Positions 9,850 through 21,055 are shown, counted from the first letter of the stretch. The stretch is 64,000 nucleotides of DNA from Candidatus Binatia bacterium (GCA_038245295.1 JBBRSP010000011.1:1-64000); one strand, 5' to 3'. Program-made: numbers and translations. Notes: generated from the sequence alone by a model not told the origin.

Positions 9850-11703
9850 CTATGGTTCCTTCAGGTGTTTCAGCAGAATCCGCCGGACCTCTTCGATGAC
9901 ATGGGGATTGTCCTGGCAGGAGTGCGACGAGCGCACCACGAGCTCGGATTCGACGCCTTCGATGTGAGCGCTTTCATAGGCGACGATCCCATCGTCGCTC
10001 TCCGCGGCCGGTGCATCCCCCTGCACCGCGATGATCGAGTGCGCCAGGATCGGCGGTGTTACCGGCATGGACGCGAGCAATTTGATGAAGCGGCTGCCGG
10101 GCGTCATGTTGTCGACTGCGGTGGGCATGTGGCCGGCGGCGGCAAACGTCAATGCATCGTGATTGCGTAACAGGAGGTCGGTGCCGACGTGCACAATGTC
10201 GATCGGCAGCGTGATGAAGCGGGCCACCCAGTGACTGAGCTGGTTGCCGGCGAAGTAGCTGCCGTGTTGCGGCGTGGCGACGAAGATGGCGCGCCGCACG
10301 AAGGGTAGCGGCGTGAAAAAACTCATGCCTTGCAGGAGAGTGCGGCGGTCCTCCGCCAGGTCCAGCGAGGCCAAGGGCTTCTTACTGATGTCGTTCCAGA
10401 ATTGGTCGCCGCTGTCGATGGTCGCCATCTTCGCCAGCAGGCCCCCCTGGCTGTGACCGATCAGCACCATGCGCTGCAACGCGTCGTCCGTGCCTTCGGG
10501 ATCAATTCGCTTGACGGCCGCCTCCAACGATTGGCGCAGAAGCATCGACGAATAGAGGATGGGATTGCCGGTGTTGTAGGAGAACAGCCAGAACTGGTAG
10601 CGCCGCCGAATGCGCGCGTCGTTGTTGAGCTCGTTCATCATCTGCGCCCAACGGCCGGCGCTCGACGCGGTGCCGTGGATGAACACCACGGGGATGCGCC
10701 CGTGTTCCGGTGGCGCCATCGCCGCTAAGCGAGTGTGCTCGTCGACGATACCGACACCCTCGAGGAAGCCGCGGATCTCCTGCTGCCACAACGGCGACTC
10801 GGCGAGCATGTACGCGAGTGTGGCGGTCGATTCGACCTCGATGGGTACCTGTCGACCTTCGAGGGTGGCAACCTCACCACGGTTGGCTGGAATCAGATCG
10901 AGGCTCCCGTTGATCTCGCCGCGCCGCAGCTGTTGGTGAATCCCTTCGATGCGCAGCAGCGCCGTCACGGGAACCTTGACCCAGGGCTCGACGAAATCGA
11001 AGTCGTCCGACGTCGCGACCGTGCTCGCCGCCAGCGGCGCCCCCAGCCCCGGCCAACGATAACGCGTCGCCAGTCCCTCGACGTCCAATTCGGCGACGGG
11101 AATGAAATGCTCCAGCGTGCGTGTTCCCCACTGCAAGGCGACGGGATCGGAAACGAGCTCGAGTGTGCCGAATGGCAAGCGGTAGGTGGCACTGCGCACC
11201 GCGACCTCGCCGTCCTCCCCGGCGAGCCCGCGTGTCAGACTGCGGTTGTAGATCTCGCAAGCCAGGCGGAAACGCGGATCGAAGCCGCTCGGTGTGTCGG
11301 CCGGATCTTCCGGGAAGAGATACGCATAGGCGTAGAGCGCCGCCGCCAAGTAGTACGACGAGTCGCGCGAGTCGTCGGCGTGCGCAAAGGAAAGCTCGGC
11401 CAGCGCGATGATGTCGCGCGGCCGCGCCTGGCCATTCACCACCAGATAATGCATGGCGGTGAGAGCCTGCTCCGGTGCTGTGTCGAATAGTTCGACTAGA
11501 TCGCGCTGGAACAGGACGTTCTGCGTCGAGGGGCTCAGTTGACCGCTGGAGATCACGCTGCGAGCCAGCGAGCGGTGAACCGTCTTGGGGTCGGCGTGCC
11601 AGACGCCCACCGGGGCCGAACAGGCATTGATGCCGCAGGCCGCGGTCAGAAGTGTCCCGACGAGCGCCAGCCTCAGGTGGCCGCGAAGGAGATGGACTTT
11701 CAT
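9850..11703 (-). CDS. Exported alpha/beta hydrolase (esterase/lipase-like)
   Basis: PVVFIHGTASS, nucleophile elbow GHSQGG, ATPQHGS, DDGIV, HS; N-terminal signal with Cys. Confidence 0.8.
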   Translation of the reverse strand: MKVHLLRGHLRLALVGTLLTAACGINACSAPVGVWHADPKTVHRSLARSVISSGQLSPSTQNVLFQRDLVELFDTAPEQALTAMHYLVVNGQARPRDIIALAELSFAHADDSRDSSYYLAAALYAYAYLFPEDPADTPSGFDPRFRLACEIYNRSLTRGLAGEDGEVAVRSATYRLPFGTLELVSDPVALQWGTRTLEHFIPVAELDVEGLATRYRWPGLGAPLAASTVATSDDFDFVEPWVKVPVTALLRIEGIHQQLRRGEINGSLDLIPANRGEVATLEGRQVPIEVESTATLAYMLAESPLWQQEIRGFLEGVGIVDEHTRLAAMAPPEHGRIPVVFIHGTASSAGRWAQMMNELNNDARIRRRYQFWLFSYNTGNPILYSSMLLRQSLEAAVKRIDPEGTDDALQRMVLIGHSQGGLLAKMATIDSGDQFWNDISKKPLASLDLAEDRRTLLQGMSFFTPLPFVRRAIFVATPQHGSYFAGNQLSHWVARFITLPIDIVHVGTDLLLRNHDALTFAAAGHMPTAVDNMTPGSRFIKLLASMPVTPPILAHSIIAVQGDAPAAESDDGIVAYESAHIEGVESELVVRSSHSCQDNPHVIEEVRRILLKHLKEP

Positions 11704-11813
11704 AGGATCGCCGGTCTCTATCGAAGGGAATGGTGCTGGCGCAACCGCGCGTCGCGGCGTATGAACGCCGGAGTGATCGCGCAATTTGTTCTCTCTCGGC
11801 CAGGAGCCGAGGC

Positions 11814-12794
11814 GTGATTCTCGCCGGCGACGTCGGCGGTACCCACACCCGCCTGACCTTATTTGCCGTCGACGACAGCGCCACCGCGCTCGTCGAGCAG
11901 ACATTCCCGAGTCGCAACTTCGCGACGTTTGGTGTCGTCCTGCAAGCCTTCCTCAAATCTCAATCGAACCCCAAACTTGTTGGCGCCTGCGTCGGCATTG
12001 CCGGACCTGTCGTCGACGGGCGCTGTGCTGTGTCAAATCTTCCCTGGGTGGTAACCGAGGGTGAAATCGCCGCCGCTTGTGGGTTGCCGCATGCTTCGCT
12101 GATCAACGACCTGGAAGCCGTGGGTTACGGAATCGCCGCACTACGCGATGCCGATGTCGCGTCGCTGTTGAGCGGCGCGCCCGCCGCGAAGGGAAACATT
12201 GCGGTGCTGGCGATGGGCACCGGCCTGGGTGTGGCTGGATTGTTCTGGGATGGCGCGCGCCATTCGCCGTTTGCCAGCGAGGGTGGCCACGCCAGCTTTG
12301 CTCCGACCGATGACGAGGAAATACGACTCCTGGAGTTCCTGCGCCCGCGCTTTGGCGAAGTCAGCTGCGAGCGTGTGCTTTCCGGGCCGGGCTTGTTGAA
12401 TCTTTACGAGTTTCTGCGGGCAAGCGGCGTGGCCGAGGAACCGTGGCTCGCCGCGGCGCTCCCGCAAGGCGATGCGGCCGCGCTCATTTCGCAACACGCG
12501 GCCGATGGTTCGTCCGAGTTATGCGTCCGCACCTTGCATCTATTTGCGCGCCTGGTCGGCGCCAAGGCCGGTGACCTGGCACTGACGATGATGGCGACCG
12601 GTGGCTTATATCTAGCCGGTGGGATCGCTCCCAAGAACCTTGCAGCGCTGCGTGCCCCAGAGTTGGGCGAAGCCTTTCTCAACAAAGGCCGGATGCGACC
12701 TTTGCTCGAACGCATCCCGGTCCGTGTCGTCCTCAACGAAAAGGTTGGACTGCTCGGGGCCTACCGCTGTGCCCTGCACCGGCATCGTTCGTGA
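11814..12794 (+). CDS. glk: Glucokinase
   Basis: ILAGDVGGTHTR, GIAGPV, LINDLEA, GTGLG, SEGGH, ERVLSGPGL, AGGIAPK, F.NKGRM. Confidence 0.93.
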   Translation: MILAGDVGGTHTRLTLFAVDDSATALVEQTFPSRNFATFGVVLQAFLKSQSNPKLVGACVGIAGPVVDGRCAVSNLPWVVTEGEIAAACGLPHASLINDLEAVGYGIAALRDADVASLLSGAPAAKGNIAVLAMGTGLGVAGLFWDGARHSPFASEGGHASFAPTDDEEIRLLEFLRPRFGEVSCERVLSGPGLLNLYEFLRASGVAEEPWLAAALPQGDAAALISQHAADGSSELCVRTLHLFARLVGAKAGDLALTMMATGGLYLAGGIAPKNLAALRAPELGEAFLNKGRMRPLLERIPVRVVLNEKVGLLGAYRCALHRHRS

Positions 12795-12823
12795 GCTCCA
12801 CGGTCAATCTGTACCGGCATGCC

Positions 12824-12896
12824 CGCAGGCTGAAGCCTGCGCCTATCGATACGCCGGCGAGAATGAAAAACGGGTAGGCGCAGGCTTCAGCCTGCG
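12824..12896. repeat. GTAG-type REP inverted doublet, copy 2
   Basis: CGCAGGCTGAAGCCTGCGCCTA ... GGTAGGCGCAGGCTTCAGCCTGCG. Confidence 0.85.
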
Positions 12897-13027
12897 GTGT
12901 TCTGGGAAGTCTCTGCATGCCGCCCTGCAACACCAGCGCGAATCTTGATCGCGGCGTGCCGATCAGGCACGGTGCGTTTTCAGCAGCCGCCGAGCGCGGC
13001 TCACCCTGCGGAAGAGGAGCAGTACAC

Positions 13028-13969
13028 GTGAAGCAATGTTTGGTGATTCTCGGTTTGGTTTTAATGGCGGTCAGCGCCCAGGCGGCGTCGCCGACCGTTT
13101 CGGCCCGCGTCAATGGTGTGGCGATCTCGCATGCCGAAGTGCAGCGCCTGGCGGACCGCATCGGTGCCCACGGTGTGGCCGTCGACAAGGTCTGGGACGA
13201 CGCCGTGGATCAACTGGTCACCTGGGAGCTGCTGTCGCAGAAGGCCAAGCTCGAAGGCCTCGCCGTGACGCCGGCCGAGGTCGACGTCGAGCTGAAGAAG
13301 TTCCAGGACGAAATGCAGACGCCGGAGCGCTACAAGGCGGCACTGGCCGATGCCAAGATGAACGAGACCGAGTTCCGGCGCGAATTGCAGCGCAGTGCCC
13401 TGGTCCAGAAGATCCTCGATAAACACCTCAAGGTCGATGTGACACCGGCCGAGATCGAGGCCTTCTATAAGGAGAATGCCGAAGAGTTCGAACGCCCCGA
13501 GATGGTTCGTGCGAGCCATATCCTGATCAAGATCGGGCCCGACAAGGAGGCCTCACGCAAGCGCGCCGAGGCGGTTCTGGCACGGGTCAAGAAGGGCGAA
13601 GACTTCGCCGCGGTTGCCAAGGAAGTTTCCGAAGATCCGCAGACCAAGGACAAAGGCGGCGATCTGGGATTCTTCCCCGAGCGCCCGGGCGCGCTGGCTC
13701 AAACCGCCTGGCAGATGAAACCGGGCGATATCAGCGAGATCATCGAGAGCCCCTACGGTCAACACATCTTGAAGCTGATCGAACGGCGCGAGGCCGGCAC
13801 CGTGCCGCTCAAGGACGTGAGCGACGAGATCAAGGACTCCATCGAAGACGATAAGCGTCAGGATCTCGAGGACGCCTACATCGACAACTTGAAGAAGGGT
13901 GCGAAGATCGAGATCCTCGAGAAGAAGGACAAGTCTAAGGCCGCTCCCGGCCCGGCGAGGCAGCCGTAG
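13028..13969 (+). CDS. SurA/PrsA-like parvulin peptidyl-prolyl isomerase
   Basis: Signal peptide; ARVNG..I; VRASHILIK, GEDFAAVAKEVSED, GGDLGFF, SPYGQHILK. Confidence 0.9.
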   Translation: MKQCLVILGLVLMAVSAQAASPTVSARVNGVAISHAEVQRLADRIGAHGVAVDKVWDDAVDQLVTWELLSQKAKLEGLAVTPAEVDVELKKFQDEMQTPERYKAALADAKMNETEFRRELQRSALVQKILDKHLKVDVTPAEIEAFYKENAEEFERPEMVRASHILIKIGPDKEASRKRAEAVLARVKKGEDFAAVAKEVSEDPQTKDKGGDLGFFPERPGALAQTAWQMKPGDISEIIESPYGQHILKLIERREAGTVPLKDVSDEIKDSIEDDKRQDLEDAYIDNLKKGAKIEILEKKDKSKAAPGPARQP

Positions 13970-13977
13970 ATTGGCTC

Positions 13978-14054
13978 CGCAGGCTAAAGCCTGCGCCTAC
14001 CGATCTGCATATCCAAACGAGACATAGGCGGGTAGGCGCAGGCTTCAGCCTGCG
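13978..14054. repeat. GTAG-type REP inverted doublet, copy 3
   Basis: CGCAGGCTAAAGCCTGCGCCTACC ... GGTAGGCGCAGGCTTCAGCCTGCG, between convergent genes. Confidence 0.85.
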
Positions 14055-14065
14055 CCGTGGCGTTC

Positions 14066-14728
14066 TCAGGCTACTTCAACGGTCAACACCTCGAGCAGCA
14101 GCGTTGCGACGCCGTGCGTGTGCGAGCGCACTGTCGCCACGCGTGTCCCCGAACGCATGCCGGTGCGAATCTCGCTGACGTCGACGTCGGCGGCGATGAG
14201 TCGCGACCGCGTTCGCTCGAGGCTCGCGGTGCGATACGAGATGCCGAAGAATCGGTCGTCGCCGGTTTCGGCCGGAGCGGGCAATGGGCTGGCGTACTCC
14301 AGGGTGATCTTGTTGCTGCGGAAGAACTGCAGGCGCAGGTGGCGTTGCGGAAACTCGCGATCGAGCGCCAGCCGCAGGCCGTGTTGGTCGCGCCACGTCG
14401 CGATGGCACGCTCCGGGGATGGCGTATGAACCACCACATGATCAATCGCTGTGATCGCGTCGGCGCCGGCGTGAAGGGGTGTTGCCGGATCCGGTTGCAC
14501 GATCACGCGCAGCCCGTGGATGTTCGCCTCGCTTGCGGCTTCGGACGACGCCGCGAATCGCAGGGCGTGTGTGTCGCCACCTTGCGCGAGCTCAATGGCG
14601 CCATGTTCGAGCTGGAAGCGAAAAACGCCCGTATCGAGCTGTGTGCCCTCGAAGCCGAGGAGCAGGGAGTAGTCGTGGTGGGCGCCCTCGAGATCCGCGA
14701 CCTGTAGTCTTGCGCCGTCTAGAAGCAT
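14066..14728 (-). CDS. VOC/glyoxalase family protein
   Basis: IDHVVVHT...GLRLALDR...LEY; THGVATLLLE; two beta-alpha-beta-beta-beta-like halves; SD AGGAGG. Confidence 0.75.
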   Translation of the reverse strand: MLLDGARLQVADLEGAHHDYSLLLGFEGTQLDTGVFRFQLEHGAIELAQGGDTHALRFAASSEAASEANIHGLRVIVQPDPATPLHAGADAITAIDHVVVHTPSPERAIATWRDQHGLRLALDREFPQRHLRLQFFRSNKITLEYASPLPAPAETGDDRFFGISYRTASLERTRSRLIAADVDVSEIRTGMRSGTRVATVRSHTHGVATLLLEVLTVEVA

Positions 14729-14752
14729 GGCTTTCCTCCTGGACCCGCCGGT

Positions 14753-15310
14753 CTAGGCCCCGAACAAGTCTCGTGTCTTGCGTTCCATCCGCAAGACACT
14801 CTCCTCCGTTGTGAACTGCGGCAACGCGTCTCTGTCGATCCAGCGAACCTCGTTCGACTCATGGCTCAACACGGGCTGCCGGCCCTCCGGATCGATGAGA
14901 AGGTAGCGTATGTCATGATGCAGGTGTGCCGCTTCCGCGCCGCGCGCCGGAATGATGTGGACGTCGATGTCCAGTGGCAGAGACTCGAGTTGCGGCGGGA
15001 GAATGAGATTGGCAAGACCTGTCTCTTCTTCTGCTTCGCGCCGGGCGACGCGTTCGGGATTGGTGTCGCCGTCGGAGTGCCCGCCCGGTTGCAGCCAGCG
15101 ATCGAGTTTGCGGTGGTGCAACAGCAGGACCTGCGACTGGTCGTGCGACAAGATCCACGCCGAGCCCGTGACGTGCCCCTCGACACAGGTGCGTTCGAAA
15201 CAATCCGAGTGTTGGCGCACGAATTGACGCACGTGATCGGCGCGGACGCGATCTTCCGGAAAGCGCTCAAGGTAACGTTCGATCACCGCGAGCAGGGCAG
15301 TACGGTGCAT
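14753..15310 (-). CDS. NUDIX hydrolase
   Basis: GHVTGSAWI, LLHHRKLDRWLQPGGH, Nudix box ARREAEEETG, H.D.RY. Confidence 0.9.
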   Translation of the reverse strand: MHRTALLAVIERYLERFPEDRVRADHVRQFVRQHSDCFERTCVEGHVTGSAWILSHDQSQVLLLHHRKLDRWLQPGGHSDGDTNPERVARREAEEETGLANLILPPQLESLPLDIDVHIIPARGAEAAHLHHDIRYLLIDPEGRQPVLSHESNEVRWIDRDALPQFTTEESVLRMERKTRDLFGA

Positions 15311-15446
15311 TGGCGCACCATGAAGACGCGCCGGTTCAATCGCAAGGCCCTCTCCTTGGTTGCCGGTCTTTTCCGATGTCTGCGCCGGGGTTGCGCCGGA
15401 GGCAACCGAAACCTTAATGCTCGCTATGCATCTCATCGTCAGGCGT

Positions 15447-15947
15447 ATGAAAAAACTATCTCGCGTCGGAGTTGCCCTGCTGTTGTTCGTGGCGACGCAT
15501 GCCATGGCGCGTGTCGGCCAAGTGGCTCCTGAGCTGACTGCTTCAACCTGGCTCAATGGCGGGCCACAGAAACTCGCCGACTTGCGCGGCAAAGTCACGC
15601 TCGTCGAGTTCTGGACCTTCGGTTGTTACAACTGCCGCAACGTCGAGCCGCACGTGAAGCAGTGGCAAGCGAAGTATGCCTCACGCGGCCTCGTCGTGAT
15701 TGGCGTGCACACTCCCGAAACCGCCTACGAGCGCAACCTCGATAACGTCAAGAACTACGTGCGCGACAAACACATCGACTATCCGATCGTCATCGATGCC
15801 GATTCGAGCATCTGGTCGGCTTACTCGAACGACGCCTGGCCGGCCTGGTACCTGATCGACAAACGCGGCCTCATTCGCCACGTGCATGTCGGTGAAGGCG
15901 CCTACGATCAGACCGAACGCGAAATCGAAGCGCTGCTGGCCGAGTGA
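15447..15947 (+). CDS. Exported thioredoxin-like redoxin (TlpA/DipZ C-terminal-like)
   Basis: Signal peptide; WLNG, LRGKVTLVEFWTFGCYNC, GVHTPE, WPAWYLID, GEGAY. Confidence 0.88.
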   Translation: MKKLSRVGVALLLFVATHAMARVGQVAPELTASTWLNGGPQKLADLRGKVTLVEFWTFGCYNCRNVEPHVKQWQAKYASRGLVVIGVHTPETAYERNLDNVKNYVRDKHIDYPIVIDADSSIWSAYSNDAWPAWYLIDKRGLIRHVHVGEGAYDQTEREIEALLAE

Positions 15948-15965
15948 ACCCCTTGAACAAAGATC

Positions 15966-16108
15966 ACCGCAGAGTCGCAGAGTCGCCGAGAGCGTGCGTC
16001 TGAATGCCCGGTGGTGTCGCTCCTGCTCGACTCATTTCAATGATGTTCCAGGGACCAAGGGCATGGCAGTTTCCGCGCGTGACCTCTGCGGCTCTGCGAC
16101 TCTGCGGT
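15966..16108. repeat. ~143-bp element with 17-bp perfect terminal inverted repeats (ACCGCAGAG family), copy 1
   Basis: ACCGCAGAGTCGCAGAG (15966) and CTCTGCGACTCTGCGGT (ends 16108). Confidence 0.75.
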
Positions 16109-16185
16109 TGAATCGTTCCTTCCGTCGGTGAACCGGTGCGGTGCCGGGGACCTTACAAGCCGGTCTCTTGTGCTATGGCGGCGCC

Positions 16186-17757
16186 ATGCTGCTGGTCACC
16201 GCTTCGGAAATGCGGCGTCTCGATGAGCTGACCATTCAACAGGGAACGCCGGGCTACACGCTCATGGAGCGCGCTGCCGAGGGCGCCACGGCGGCGTTGC
16301 TCGAGTCTTTTCCGTTCGTGCGGCGCAAGCGGGTCGTAATTGTGGTCGGCAAAGGCAACAACGGCGGCGATGGCTGCGTCATGGCGCGTTTGCTGGCGCG
16401 TCGGGGCGTACGCCCGACGGTGGTGTTGCTGGCATCGCCCCGTGAGCTGAAGGGTGATGCGGCGCGCGCCCTGACGGCGTTGCGCCGGGCCAAGATCAGC
16501 GTCGTCTCGATTCAGAAACTCGATGAGCTGGCGAAGCTGACGCCGTTGCTGGCGGCCAGCGCTGTCGTTGTCGACGCCATCTTCGGTACCGGCTTGAAGA
16601 CCGCCGTGACAGGCCTGCAGGCGGCGGCCATCGAGATGATCAACCTCTGTGGCATCCCGGTGTTTGCCGTCGATATTCCCTCCGGCCTCGATGCCGATCG
16701 TGGTGTGCCGCTTGGTACTGCCGTGCAGGCCGAGGTCACGGCGACCTTCGGTTTTGCCAAGCTCGGCCAATGTCTGTACCCGGGGGCGGACTACACCGGT
16801 GCGCTGGCTGTCGTCGACATTGGTATTACGCCGCAGGCGCTGGCGCAGGTTGAACCGCAACATCAGTGGATCGATGCCGGCCTGGCGGCGGGCCTCGTCG
16901 AAGAACGTGCCGTCGATTCGCATAAGGGGACCTACGGCCATGTGCTGGTCGTCGCCGGCAGTCGCGGTCACACCGGGGCGGCGCTGCTCGCTTCGCGTGC
17001 CGCCGCGCGCACCGGCAGCGGACTCGTCACCGTCGCCGGCCCGGCCTCGCTGAATGCGATCTTTTGTTCCGGTGCTCCCGAGGTGATGACCCAACCACTT
17101 GCCGATCACGACGGGCTGATCGCGTTCGATGCGGGCGCGCTGGCGGCCGCAGTATTGGGCAAGAGCGCGGTCGCGGTTGGCCCCGGCCTCGGTACACACG
17201 CCGAGGCGCAGCAGGTGGTTGAGACATTGCTCCGCACCACGTGTGTGCCGCTGCTGATCGACGCGGACGGACTCACCTGTGTCGCCCGCGATGTCGCCGT
17301 CTTGCGCGCGGCGCAGGCACCTGTGGTGCTGACCCCGCACCCGGGCGAAATGGCCCGCCTCGTCGGCGTCGACAACGCCGCCATCCAGGAGGACCGTGTT
17401 GGCCAAGCCCGACGCTTCGCAACGACGCACGCCGTGGTCGTCGTGCTGAAAGGGGCGCGCACCGTCATCGCCGCGCCCGATGGTCGCGTCTGGATCAACT
17501 CCAGCGGCAACCCGGGGATGGCCACCGGCGGCATGGGTGATGCGTTGACTGGCATCATCACCTCGCTGCTTGGCCAGGGATTGGATGCTGTGGATGCCGC
17601 GTGTCTCGGCGTCTACGTCCACGGAGATGCCGGCGACGCCGTGGCGCAGCGGCACGGACCGGTGGGTATCCTGGCCTCCGACGTCATCGAAGAAATCCCC
17701 GCCGCTTTTGCCCGCCTCGTCGAGGTGAGGGTGGAAATCTCTCGAGCCGACTCATGA
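16186..17757 (+). CDS. nnr: Bifunctional NAD(P)HX epimerase/dehydratase
   Basis: LMERAA, GKGNNGGDG, VDAIFGTG, DIPSG, HKGTYG, GPGLG, DADG, TPHPGE, LKGA, ATGGMGD. Confidence 0.95.
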   Translation: MLLVTASEMRRLDELTIQQGTPGYTLMERAAEGATAALLESFPFVRRKRVVIVVGKGNNGGDGCVMARLLARRGVRPTVVLLASPRELKGDAARALTALRRAKISVVSIQKLDELAKLTPLLAASAVVVDAIFGTGLKTAVTGLQAAAIEMINLCGIPVFAVDIPSGLDADRGVPLGTAVQAEVTATFGFAKLGQCLYPGADYTGALAVVDIGITPQALAQVEPQHQWIDAGLAAGLVEERAVDSHKGTYGHVLVVAGSRGHTGAALLASRAAARTGSGLVTVAGPASLNAIFCSGAPEVMTQPLADHDGLIAFDAGALAAAVLGKSAVAVGPGLGTHAEAQQVVETLLRTTCVPLLIDADGLTCVARDVAVLRAAQAPVVLTPHPGEMARLVGVDNAAIQEDRVGQARRFATTHAVVVVLKGARTVIAAPDGRVWINSSGNPGMATGGMGDALTGIITSLLGQGLDAVDAACLGVYVHGDAGDAVAQRHGPVGILASDVIEEIPAAFARLVEVRVEISRADS

Positions 17758-18209
17758 TCATCAGCGCTTCGGAAGCGGATACGCGTCGACTTGGAGCGCG
17801 TCTCGGTGCCGCTGCGCAACCGGGCGATCTGATCGGCTTGCGCGGCGATCTCGGCGCCGGCAAGACCGTCCTCGTGCGCGGCCTGGCCGAGGGCCTCGGT
17901 GTGGCCGCCAGCAAGGTGCGCAGTCCCACCTTCACCTTGATCAATGAGTACAGCGGTGGACGTTTGCCGCTGTACCACCTGGATCTGTATCGGATGCAGC
18001 CGACGGAAGTGGACAGGATGGCGCTGCGCGACTACCTATACGGCGATGGGGTTTGCGTGGTGGAGTGGATCGAGCGCCTCGGGGAACCGGCGGTCTGCCT
18101 CGATATCGAGGTCACAATCGTGGGAGCGGAAGAGCGACGTCTGGTGGTCAGCGCCACGACGCCTCGCTATCTTGCGCTGCTCGCAACTCTGAAAATGAAG
18201 GACACCTAA
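17754..18209 (+). CDS. tsaE: tRNA threonylcarbamoyladenosine biosynthesis ATPase
   Basis: LRGDLGAGKT, SPTFTL, HLDLYR, VVEW. Confidence 0.95.
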   Translation: MIISASEADTRRLGARLGAAAQPGDLIGLRGDLGAGKTVLVRGLAEGLGVAASKVRSPTFTLINEYSGGRLPLYHLDLYRMQPTEVDRMALRDYLYGDGVCVVEWIERLGEPAVCLDIEVTIVGAEERRLVVSATTPRYLALLATLKMKDT

Positions 18210-18212
18210 GTC

Positions 18213-19448
18213 GTGGCATTGATCGTTCAGAAATACGGTGGGACGTCGGTGGGGACGCTGGAGCGCATCAAGGCGGTTGCCCAGCGTGTCGCGGCGACGC
18301 GCGCCGCCGGCAACCAGGTGATCGTCGTGCCGTCGGCTATGGCCGGCGAGACCAATCGTCTCCTCAAGTTGGCCAGTGATCTCGTGGCCCAACCCGATCC
18401 GCGTGAGTGCGACGTGATCGCGACCACCGGCGAGCAGGTGACCAGCGGCCTTTTGGCGATGGCACTGCAGGATCTCGGTGTGCCGGCGCGATCGGTACTG
18501 GGGTTTCAGATCCCGGTCATCACCGACGGGATCTTTCAAAAAGCGCGTATCAAAAGCATCGCCTCCGACAACTTGAGGGCCGTGCTCGATTCGGGCGCCG
18601 TGGCGGTTGTCCCTGGTTTCCAGGGCATCGACGCCCACGGCAACCTGACGACGCTCGGGCGTGGCGGCAGTGATACGAGTGCCGTTGCGGTGGCGGCGGC
18701 GGTAAAAGCCGACGTCTGCGAGATCTACACCGACGTTGACGGTGTCTATACAACCGACCCACGCATTGCCCCGAACGCACGCAAGCTCGAGCGTATCTCG
18801 TTTGATGAGATGCTCGAGTTGGCCAGTCTCGGCGCCAAGGTTCTGCAGATTCGCTCGGTCGAGTTCGCCAAACGCTACGCCGTGCCGTTGTGTGTGCGCT
18901 CGAGCTTCAGTGACGACCCCGGCACATGGGTGGTTCAAGAGGATGCAAGCATGGAAAACGTGTTGGTCTCCGGTGTAGCGCTCGATCAGAACGAGGCAAA
19001 GATTACCCTGCAGCGTGTTCCCGACCGGCCTGGGCTGGCGTCGAGTGTCTTCACGCCGATCGCCAAGGCGCACATCGTCGTCGACATGATCATCCAGAAC
19101 GCCAGTGAAGAAGGTTTCACCGATATCACCTTCACCGTGCCGCGCGCCGACCATGCGAAGGCGCTGGCGATGGTGGAAGAGCTGGCGAAGAAAATCGGCG
19201 CCCGAGGCGTGGCCAGTGATACGTCGATCGCCAAAGTGTCTGTCGTCGGTCTGGGGATGCGCAGCCACGCCGGTGTTGCGGCGCGCATGTTCGAAGTGCT
19301 GGCCAAGGAGGGCATCAACATCCAGATGATCTCCACCTCGGAGATCAAGGTCTCGATTGTTATCGACGCCAAGTACGCCGAGCTCGCTGTCCGCGTGTTG
19401 CATCAGGCGTTGGTCGAGGAGGGGTTCGGCGACGAGGCTGCCGCATGA
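18213..19448 (+). CDS. lysC: Aspartate kinase
   Basis: [32 protein letters not shown], two ACT domains, STSEIK. Confidence 0.97.
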   Translation: MALIVQKYGGTSVGTLERIKAVAQRVAATRAAGNQVIVVPSAMAGETNRLLKLASDLVAQPDPRECDVIATTGEQVTSGLLAMALQDLGVPARSVLGFQIPVITDGIFQKARIKSIASDNLRAVLDSGAVAVVPGFQGIDAHGNLTTLGRGGSDTSAVAVAAAVKADVCEIYTDVDGVYTTDPRIAPNARKLERISFDEMLELASLGAKVLQIRSVEFAKRYAVPLCVRSSFSDDPGTWVVQEDASMENVLVSGVALDQNEAKITLQRVPDRPGLASSVFTPIAKAHIVVDMIIQNASEEGFTDITFTVPRADHAKALAMVEELAKKIGARGVASDTSIAKVSVVGLGMRSHAGVAARMFEVLAKEGINIQMISTSEIKVSIVIDAKYAELAVRVLHQALVEEGFGDEAAA

Positions 19449-21055
19449 CTGGTCCGAAGCGCATCGACCTCTACGACACGACGCTGCGCGACGGCTGTCA
19501 GGCGGAAGACATCGCCTTCACCGTCGAAGACAAGCTGCGTATCGTCGAGCGCCTCGATGACTTCGGTGTGCGATTCATCGAAGGTGGTTGGCCGGGCTCG
19601 AATCCGCGCGACGAAGATTTCTTCCTGCAAGCCAAGAAGCTGCGTCTCAAGCAGGCGCGCCTGGCGGCGTTCGGCTCGACGCGACGCGCCGGTTTGAAGG
19701 CCTCCGACGATCCGAACTTGAGCAAGCTGCTGCAGGCGGAGACGCCGGTGGTCACCATCTTCGGCAAGACCTGGGAGCTGCATGTCCGCGAAGCATTGCG
19801 CATCTCCAAGGCGATGAACCTGGAGATCATCTACGACAGCATCGGTTACCTGAAGAAGAACGTCGACACGGTGATCTTCGATGCCGAGCACTTCTTTGAC
19901 GGGTTCCGTGCCGATCCCGAGTTTGCCGTCGAATGTTGTCGTGTCGCCGCTGACGGCGGCGCCGATGTTATCTGCCTGTGCGAGACGAACGGCGGGCGGC
20001 TGCCGAACGAGGTGGCGGCCGGTGTCGATGCGGTGCGCGCGGTTGTCGAGGCGCAAATTGGTGTCCATTGCCACAACGACTCCGAGCTCGCGGTGGCCAA
20101 CACCCTGATCGGCGTGCAACACGGCGCCGTACATGTGCAGGGAACCATCAACGGCATCGGCGAGCGCTGCGGCAACGCCAATCTCTGTTCAATCGTCGCC
20201 AACCTGCAGCTCAAGATGGGATACAAGGTCGTCAGCCCGGCGCAGTTGAAGCACCTGCGCGAGTTGTCGCACTTCATCTGGGAGCTGGCCAATCTCGAGC
20301 CGAACAAGCGCCAGCCGTACGTTGGCCTGAGCGCCTTTGCGCACAAGGGCGGAATCCATGTCGACGCCGTGCGCAAGAACCCGCTGACCTACGAGCACAT
20401 CGATCCCGAAGCGGTCGGCAACCGCCAACGTGTCCTGGTCTCGGATCTCTCGGGCCGCAGCAACATCCTCTACAAGGCGCACGAGTTCGGGCTCGACGTC
20501 GACAAGGTCACCCCGGCCGTGAAGGCCGTGCTCGCCGAGGTCAAGGATCTCGAAAATCGCGGCTTCCAGTTCGAAGGTGCCGAGGCGTCGTTCGAGTTGC
20601 TCGTCAACAAAGGCCTCAACGGCGAGAAGCTGCGCAACTTCCGCCTCAAGAGCTTTCGCGTCATCGACGAGAAGCGCCACGAGGACGAGCCGCCGCTATC
20701 CGAAGCGACGATTCAGATCGAAGGGCCGGACGGTTCGGTGGAACACGCTGCGGCGTTGGGCAACGGCCCGGTCAATGCGCTGGACAACGCGCTGCGCAAG
20801 GCGCTGGTCAAGTTCTACCCACAGATCGCCGACATTGAACTACTCGACTACAAAGTGCGCGTCCTCGGCGACGGCGAAGGCACCGAGGCGGTAGTCCGCG
20901 TGCTCATCGAATCAGGCGACGGCACCAACCGTTGGGGTACGGTCGGCGTGTCGCCGAACGTCATCGAGGCCAGCTGGCAAGCGCTGGTCGATTCGATCGA
21001 GTACAAGCTGTACCTCGACGGCAAACGACAGCGCGCGCCGCGCACCCGCAAGTAG
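19445..21055 (+). CDS. cimA: Citramalate synthase
   Basis: [62 protein letters not shown]. Confidence 0.93.
   Translation: MTGPKRIDLYDTTLRDGCQAEDIAFTVEDKLRIVERLDDFGVRFIEGGWPGSNPRDEDFFLQAKKLRLKQARLAAFGSTRRAGLKASDDPNLSKLLQAETPVVTIFGKTWELHVREALRISKAMNLEIIYDSIGYLKKNVDTVIFDAEHFFDGFRADPEFAVECCRVAADGGADVICLCETNGGRLPNEVAAGVDAVRAVVEAQIGVHCHNDSELAVANTLIGVQHGAVHVQGTINGIGERCGNANLCSIVANLQLKMGYKVVSPAQLKHLRELSHFIWELANLEPNKRQPYVGLSAFAHKGGIHVDAVRKNPLTYEHIDPEAVGNRQRVLVSDLSGRSNILYKAHEFGLDVDKVTPAVKAVLAEVKDLENRGFQFEGAEASFELLVNKGLNGEKLRNFRLKSFRVIDEKRHEDEPPLSEATIQIEGPDGSVEHAAALGNGPVNALDNALRKALVKFYPQIADIELLDYKVRVLGDGEGTEAVVRVLIESGDGTNRWGTVGVSPNVIEASWQALVDSIEYKLYLDGKRQRAPRTRK

Noticed and set aside
16153..17655. 500-aa minus-strand ORF (likewise 18036-19403, 43659-45218, 47473-48693, 53033-54241)
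   Set aside because: Antisense shadows of well-supported genes, expected in high-GC DNA; no recognisable motifs.
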